19,642 nucleotides of DNA from Candidatus Methanomethylicia archaeon (lineage in GTDB: Archaea > Thermoproteota > Methanomethylicia > Nezhaarchaeales > B40-G2). The notes beneath the pieces are model-generated. The model searched no databases and was not told the origin of the DNA. It saw only the letters and a list, made by a program, of their open reading frames with translations. A program made the position numbers and the translations under genes. Each line of letters opens with the position of its first letter. Position 1 is the first letter of the stretch. The DNA lies in NCBI GenBank assembly GCA_029259155.1, contig JAPDJI010000030.1, positions 1-19,642 on the forward strand, in the 5' to 3' direction. This document shows positions 16,069 through 19,642 of the stretch, one piece after another.

Positions 16069-17160
16069 ATGAGCTGGTACAGCATAAGGCCTGACGCCTT
16101 GACCGTTCTGGGGGACAGAAAGGTAGCCAGGTCCCTGAAAAGATACCTTAAGGTTATGAAGGACGAGCTACCTGCGAAGTTCCTCATAGCCAAAAGGCTC
16201 AGGGCCGAGTTCGAACCCGATGAACCCCTCGATAGGCTCTGGGAGCTTCATGACGAGCTGACCGAAGAGTACTACAAGCTCGAATCCGAGATAGACGAGG
16301 GGAGGGCGTCGATCGAAGAGCTCGAGGAACCTAGGAGGAGCTACCTGGACCTAAAGGCCGAGATCGCGAGGAGGATTTTGAGGTCCTGCCACTTCTGTGA
16401 GAGGAGGTGCATGGTCGACAGGGAGGTGGGCGAACTCGGCTACTGTGGATGTGGCAGCACCTTTCTGCTTTCATCCGCCTTCCCTCATCTGGGTGAGGAG
16501 CCCGAGCTCGTCCCTAGTGGCACGATCTTCTCGATCGGGTGCAACCTGACCTGCCTCCACTGCCAGAATTGGACCATATCCCAGCACTTCGAGGCGGGGA
16601 CCCCTCTATCCCCCGAAGAGCTCGCGAGGCTCGTCACGGAGCTGAGGGAGATCGGGTGCAGGAACTGCAACATGGTCGGCGGCTCCCCAACCCCCTGGCT
16701 CCACTCTTGGCTCGAAGCCTTCAGGCACGTGAAGGTGAACGTCCCTACGGTCTGGAACAGCAACGGCTACTACAGCATGGAGACGGCGAAGCTCCTGATG
16801 GGTTTCGCGGACGTGTACCTGCTCGACTTCAAGTACGGCAGGGACGAGTGCGCTTTGAGGATATCTAACGCCCCGAAGTACGTCGAGGTGTGCAAGAGAA
16901 ACCACCTGCTCGCGGCCAAGGGCGGGGAGCTCATAATACGGGTGCTCCTCCTCCCGGAGCATATAGACTGCTGCGCCAAGCCGATACTGCGCTGGATAAG
17001 GGATAACCTCGGGGATTGGGTCAGGGTCAACATCATGGACCAGTACACGCCTTACTGGAGGGCGAGGGAGGTGCCGGAGCTCGGGAGGAGCCTCAGGACC
17101 GAGGAGTACCTAGAAGCTCTGGACTACGCGAAGTCCTTGGGCCTCTCGAACTTGGCGTGA
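16069..17160 (+). CDS. Radical SAM protein, PflX-like (PFL-activating enzyme-related)
   Basis: CxxxCxxC (CNLTCLHCQNW), N-terminal 'CHFCERRC..DR' and 'HLGEEPELVPSGTIF', 'VWNSN' and 'QY-P'. Confidence 0.92.
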   Translation: MSWYSIRPDALTVLGDRKVARSLKRYLKVMKDELPAKFLIAKRLRAEFEPDEPLDRLWELHDELTEEYYKLESEIDEGRASIEELEEPRRSYLDLKAEIARRILRSCHFCERRCMVDREVGELGYCGCGSTFLLSSAFPHLGEEPELVPSGTIFSIGCNLTCLHCQNWTISQHFEAGTPLSPEELARLVTELREIGCRNCNMVGGSPTPWLHSWLEAFRHVKVNVPTVWNSNGYYSMETAKLLMGFADVYLLDFKYGRDECALRISNAPKYVEVCKRNHLLAAKGGELIIRVLLLPEHIDCCAKPILRWIRDNLGDWVRVNIMDQYTPYWRAREVPELGRSLRTEEYLEALDYAKSLGLSNLA

Positions 17161-18189
17161 TCAAGTGAGACGGATCCTCCTAACCATGCAGGACGGCGCG
17201 AACTCTTCCATGCACCTGTTCGCCATTACCTCGCATATCAGGGTGCAGTAATCGAACAGCTGCCTGACGAGCCAAGCGATCCCGTTCGAATGCGCTCCCT
17301 TGAGCTTCTCCCCTTCGGCGTGAAGTTCGGAGATCCGCTTCTCGGCCTCCGTGATTATTTCGCTCGTCGCCTCTATGTTCGGAGACTCGATCAGTTCGAG
17401 CGTGCCCTTCAGGATCCTACTCAAGACGTCGAATATGGGGGTTCTGCTCTTCCTTCTGGTCGTAGGTTCCTTCGAGAGCAATAGGGCCAAGTTGAGCAAC
17501 GTGGCCCCGACCTTCTGAAGTATGCCTATCACCATCCTATCCTCTATCAAGTTGGTTACGTAACCTGCTCCTATCTTCCTCGCGACCACCCTACACTCGC
17601 TCGCCAGGAAGACCTGCCTGATGGCCAGCCGGCATAGCTTATCGAGCTCCTCCTTTACGTACGATATCTCCTCGATCGAGTCCTCCCCCTCTCCTCTCAC
17701 TAGCTTCATGATCATCAAAAGCATCGACGAGATGAGGGTCGATATCCTCTTCTTCAACCCTTCCAAGGGGAACTTCGTGGGATCGACCATCGCCTGCACG
17801 AGCATGTAATTGAGTCCCTGCTCGATTACGCCCACCCCCACGAGCTCTTCCACGGCACTCCTCACCTCCTTTATCTGCTCCTTCGTTAAGGTCTTGTCCG
17901 AAACGATCTTTATCCTGTCGTATCCGATTTCATATGCGGCTATGATGGCCCTGGATAAGGTGCCCTTCTTCTTGAACGCCTTGACCTCGACCAAGCACTC
18001 CGGCTCCGAAAATTCGCTGACCATCGAGTTCGTGAACAGCTTAAGGCTACCATCGTCGTCGGTGACGAAGACGACGACGTCCCCCCTCTTCAGGCCAACT
18101 CGGTTGACCCAATACTTTGGAAGCGAGACCGTGAGCGTGGATTGCCCTACTTGCTGGACCTTCCTGATCTCTATATCCTTCCTCATCAA
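17161..18189 (-). CDS. AbrB-domain / PhoU-domain transcriptional regulator
   Basis: N-terminal 'RKVQQVGQSTLTVSLPK-WV---GLK-GD' followed by 'R-II-AY--GYD-I' and PhoU-like helical repeats. Confidence 0.9.
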   Translation of the reverse strand: MMRKDIEIRKVQQVGQSTLTVSLPKYWVNRVGLKRGDVVVFVTDDDGSLKLFTNSMVSEFSEPECLVEVKAFKKKGTLSRAIIAAYEIGYDRIKIVSDKTLTKEQIKEVRSAVEELVGVGVIEQGLNYMLVQAMVDPTKFPLEGLKKRISTLISSMLLMIMKLVRGEGEDSIEEISYVKEELDKLCRLAIRQVFLASECRVVARKIGAGYVTNLIEDRMVIGILQKVGATLLNLALLLSKEPTTRRKSRTPIFDVLSRILKGTLELIESPNIEATSEIITEAEKRISELHAEGEKLKGAHSNGIAWLVRQLFDYCTLICEVMANRCMEEFAPSCMVRRIRLT

Positions 18190-18271
18190 TACCCTCTTTT
18201 TATTTATGGTTTATATTTTTTCCTTCAGTATAAGTAGAATAGAGACTCGAGGTAAAAATAGAAAGGGTAGC

Positions 18272-18979
18272 CTACTCGCCTCCCTTCGTCTCCTTTTCGA
18301 ACTCCTTGAGCTGGAGGCGGTGGTACCATAACGAGTGATGCTCCTTCACGTAGCTCTCCGGCACTTCGCCGGTCCTGAACATAGCATGTGCAGCCGGCCT
18401 GTTCTCAGGTATGACGATCCCTGCGACGAAGTGGAATATCAGGCCTATGACGCCCCAGTAAAAGGCCAAGTCGTGGAAGAAGAGCGCCGTGCCTGCAGCG
18501 TGAGGGCCGAAGAAGTCGCTGAATACCAAGACTAGCCCACTACCAGAAGCCACTGCGATGCAAGGAAGGGCGAAGAGCCAGAAGAACAGGACCTGGCCCG
18601 GGTTGTACCTGCCGAATTCGGCGTGCTCACCTTTAAAGTAGTGGCGATAGATGTCCATGAGCTCGCCTCCGAGCCTAGTGATCTCCCACTTCTTGTACTC
18701 CCTAAGCTGCACTACGAAGTATAAGGTGGCTATCGCTATTATTCCGAAGCCGCATATCCTGTGGACTATCCTCGCCACCAGCATCCCTACGACCATCACA
18801 TCACTTGCGGGATAGAAGGGGTGGGCGAGGATCCCGAGGAAGTAGGTTATCCAGCCGAACCACTCCTTGTTTATGAGCGGTAGGTATACGAAGCCGGCTA
18901 TGAGACAGAAGTGCATTATATGGTTGTGCGTGAAGGACTGGAAGGTCGTTATAATCCTTATGGTCCTTTCCTTGCTCAT
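18272..18979 (-). CDS. Diheme cytochrome b subunit (formate dehydrogenase gamma, FdnI-like)
   Basis: Four TM helices with His ligand candidates (TH-H, VHR, FHD, FHF), 'YNPGQ' and C-terminal 'M-TG-V---Y---HH--W'. It overlaps the upstream gene by 4 nt (ATGA). Confidence 0.88.
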   Translation of the reverse strand: MSKERTIRIITTFQSFTHNHIMHFCLIAGFVYLPLINKEWFGWITYFLGILAHPFYPASDVMVVGMLVARIVHRICGFGIIAIATLYFVVQLREYKKWEITRLGGELMDIYRHYFKGEHAEFGRYNPGQVLFFWLFALPCIAVASGSGLVLVFSDFFGPHAAGTALFFHDLAFYWGVIGLIFHFVAGIVIPENRPAAHAMFRTGEVPESYVKEHHSLWYHRLQLKEFEKETKGGE

Positions 18980-19642
18980 TCTTTCACCTCCTTCCTGCTA
19001 GCCCAGTTGGCGACTATCATCGCTATCGACGTCGCCGTCACGAGGGCTATCCCGATGTAGCCCAGATCTTTCACTAACTGTCTGCCCCTGGTCACCAGCG
19101 TGGAGCTTACGGGCTTCTCTTCGGGTAGTATCGGTTTGAGTGGCACACTCGACAGGTATATCACGGACGTCCCGCCTCCGACGAAGCCTTCGCCGCGCCA
19201 CATGTGCTTGCCCGAACCCTTCGCCTCCGCCAGTAGCTCATCCAGCTCTCCGAACTTGAGGGCTTCGGTTGGACACGCTTCCACACAAGCTGGTAAAGCA
19301 CCTCTATCGACCCTATCGAAGCACATGAGGCACTTCGAGACCCGTTTAGATTCGTTATCGTATTGCATGATCCCGAATGGACAAGCGGATTCACAGTACC
19401 TGCAACCTATGCACTTGTCCGGATCGTAGACGACCAAGCCGTCTGGCCTCTTCTTTAAGGCACCCATCGGGCAGACCGTGACGCACGCCGGGTTTGAGCA
19501 GTGCATGCAGCGCCACTGGTAGAAGAGCCACTTCACTTCGCCGTTCTCGATCACCTCCCTGAACCTGACCACGGACCAGGTGTGCGGTGACAGGGACGGA
19601 GGGTTGGTCAAGGTATCGGTAAGCTCCGTGTGCTCCGGCTTC
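18976..19642 (-). CDS. 4Fe-4S electron-transfer subunit (formate dehydrogenase beta, FdnH-like), 5' end outside the window
   Basis: CMHCSNPACVTVCP, CIGCRYCESACP, KCLMC...PACVEACP and a C-terminal TM helix. The frame stays open to the window edge (KPEHTELTDTLTNPP). Confidence 0.92.
   Translation of the reverse strand, partial: KPEHTELTDTLTNPPSLSPHTWSVVRFREVIENGEVKWLFYQWRCMHCSNPACVTVCPMGALKKRPDGLVVYDPDKCIGCRYCESACPFGIMQYDNESKRVSKCLMCFDRVDRGALPACVEACPTEALKFGELDELLAEAKGSGKHMWRGEGFVGGGTSVIYLSSVPLKPILPEEKPVSSTLVTRGRQLVKDLGYIGIALVTATSIAMIVANWASRKEVKE

Noticed and set aside
17158-17163. Abutting convergent stop codons forming TGATCA
   Set aside because: This is an ordinary result of compact gene packing.
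31-19429. Numerous short ORFs overlapping real genes (e.g. 31-279, 769-1104, 1484-1825, 4312-4650, 11939-12406, 17810-18331)
   Set aside because: They are antisense or alternate-frame shadows of well-supported genes or pseudogenes, with non-protein-like composition.

Overview
This looks like an archaeal window, probably from a thermophilic TACK/Thermoproteota-type genome (inferred from TATA/BRE promoters, TTG/GTG starts, an MNT-HEPN pair and an AbrB-PhoU regulator). The left part (1-~9500) is an accessory, partly decaying cell-surface/glycosylation region with an AT-rich left end. It holds a partial GT2 glycosyltransferase, an unlisted 50-aa RHH protein coupled to a basic 145-aa hypothetical, two paralogs of a small two-TM 'ENWGAPF' protein (one frameshifted), a secreted membrane-anchored protein, a DUF362 pseudogene, a GHL10-like TIM-barrel protein, a GT-C-like polytopic protein, PIN remnants and an MNT-HEPN pair. 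The right part is mostly housekeeping: hisG, an RHH-domain hypothetical with a likely operator, fused guaA, a DUF2330-like surface protein, glnA with unusual substitutions, a PflX-like radical SAM enzyme, an AbrB-PhoU regulator, and the cytochrome b and Fe-S subunits of a formate dehydrogenase-N-like complex. No tRNA, rRNA, CRISPR array or intact transposase was seen. All calls are by eye, without database searches.
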